This document shows positions 31,342 through 31,821 of a DNA stretch of 31,821 nt, piece by piece. Origin of the DNA: a virus (taxonomy: Duplodnaviria > Caudoviricetes); the IMG/VR virus record IMGVR_UViG_3300006735_006550, positions 1 through 31,821 of that record; one strand, written 5' to 3'. Position numbers and translations under genes: made by a program. Positions within the stretch are counted from its first letter, which is position 1; every line of letters starts with the position of its first letter. The notes below the pieces were generated by a model, which was not told the origin of the DNA, ran no database searches, and was given only the letters and a program-made list of their open reading frames with translations.

Positions 31342-31821
31342 TGAAAATAGGAATAGATGTAGATGGAGTCTTGAGAGACTTCTGTCAAGGTTTAGAAAAG
31401 GTAGTTACAGAACATTATCCTGATTATCTACCAGAAGATTATACAGGTATTAATAATTGGAAACTATCCGATAACTTTACTGTAGATAAACCTGAGATAC
31501 AAAAGATATATTGGGATGAATACTCAAAAGAAATTATGGGGGAGTCACCAGCTTTCGAAGAGAACGTAAAACAAATGAAAGATATGATTGAGTGGGGACA
31601 AGAAGTTGGTATTACTTTTGTTTGTGTTACTTCTCAAAAACCACATGCAAGACATCACACATTATCGTGGTTAGGAAGACACGAACTAAACTTTGATACA
31701 ATATATTTTAGAAAAGGTTATGAAAAACCAGATGTTCAGATTGATTACTTGGTAGATGACTCACCTAACAATTATAATTATTGGGTTGAAAAACGAGGTA
31801 TGTCTAATGGATTTATTTTAA
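31341..31821 (+). CDS. 5'(3')-deoxyribonucleotidase-like HAD hydrolase (3'-truncated by window edge)
   Basis: MKIGIDVDGVLRDF, VCVTSQ, T.SWL and K....IDYLVDDSP motifs; frame open to the window end. Confidence 0.82.
   Translation, partial: MKIGIDVDGVLRDFCQGLEKVVTEHYPDYLPEDYTGINNWKLSDNFTVDKPEIQKIYWDEYSKEIMGESPAFEENVKQMKDMIEWGQEVGITFVCVTSQKPHARHHTLSWLGRHELNFDTIYFRKGYEKPDVQIDYLVDDSPNNYNYWVEKRGMSNGFIL

Noticed and set aside
1-31821. Bacterial chromosomal LPS/capsule locus, or a Bacteroidota host
   Set aside because: Repeated promoters, many tiny orphan genes, tRNAs without CCA and PseT/NT5C/PC4/HNH genes point to a phage, although no virion gene is in the window. TTGACA/TATATT promoters and AGGAG SD sites do not fit Bacteroidota signals. 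The host cannot be assigned.

Overview
AT-rich segment of what is most likely a large (jumbo-type) dsDNA bacteriophage genome. Almost all genes are on the + strand, tightly packed with ATGA/TAATG overlaps, and there are no host housekeeping genes. Nine near-identical sigma70-type promoters (A-tract-GCTTGAC-17/18 nt-TATATT) punctuate the window. Content: (1) 1-6967, a nucleotide-sugar/glycosylation cluster (class III aminotransferase, NeuA-like cytidylyltransferase-cupin fusion, GmhA-like SIS, HAD, GT29 sialyltransferase-like, GT2s, epimerase); (2) small hypotheticals, a lipoprotein and a PrnC-like flavin halogenase; (3) a promoter-driven, ~500-nt, densely base-paired non-coding region (about 10622-11124), followed by a hairpin whose loop is antisense to translation-initiation sequences and then a DUF262/HNH (GmrSD-like) gene; (4) a C-rich, palindrome-containing non-coding region (15050-15580) beside a degenerate HNH/HTH gene, a candidate replication origin or genome end; (5) carbamoyltransferase, UDP-sugar dehydrogenase, three tRNAs, two 2OG-Fe(II) oxygenases, an HNH gene split by an in-frame TGA, apt + mtnN, PC4-like SSB, Aah/TibC-like heptosyltransferase, sulfotransferase, HAD phosphatases and a VWA + MoxR AAA+ pair. 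The best candidate for an undescribed system is the large ornate ncRNA and its neighbourhood. All family calls come from motif recognition by eye; no database searches were run.
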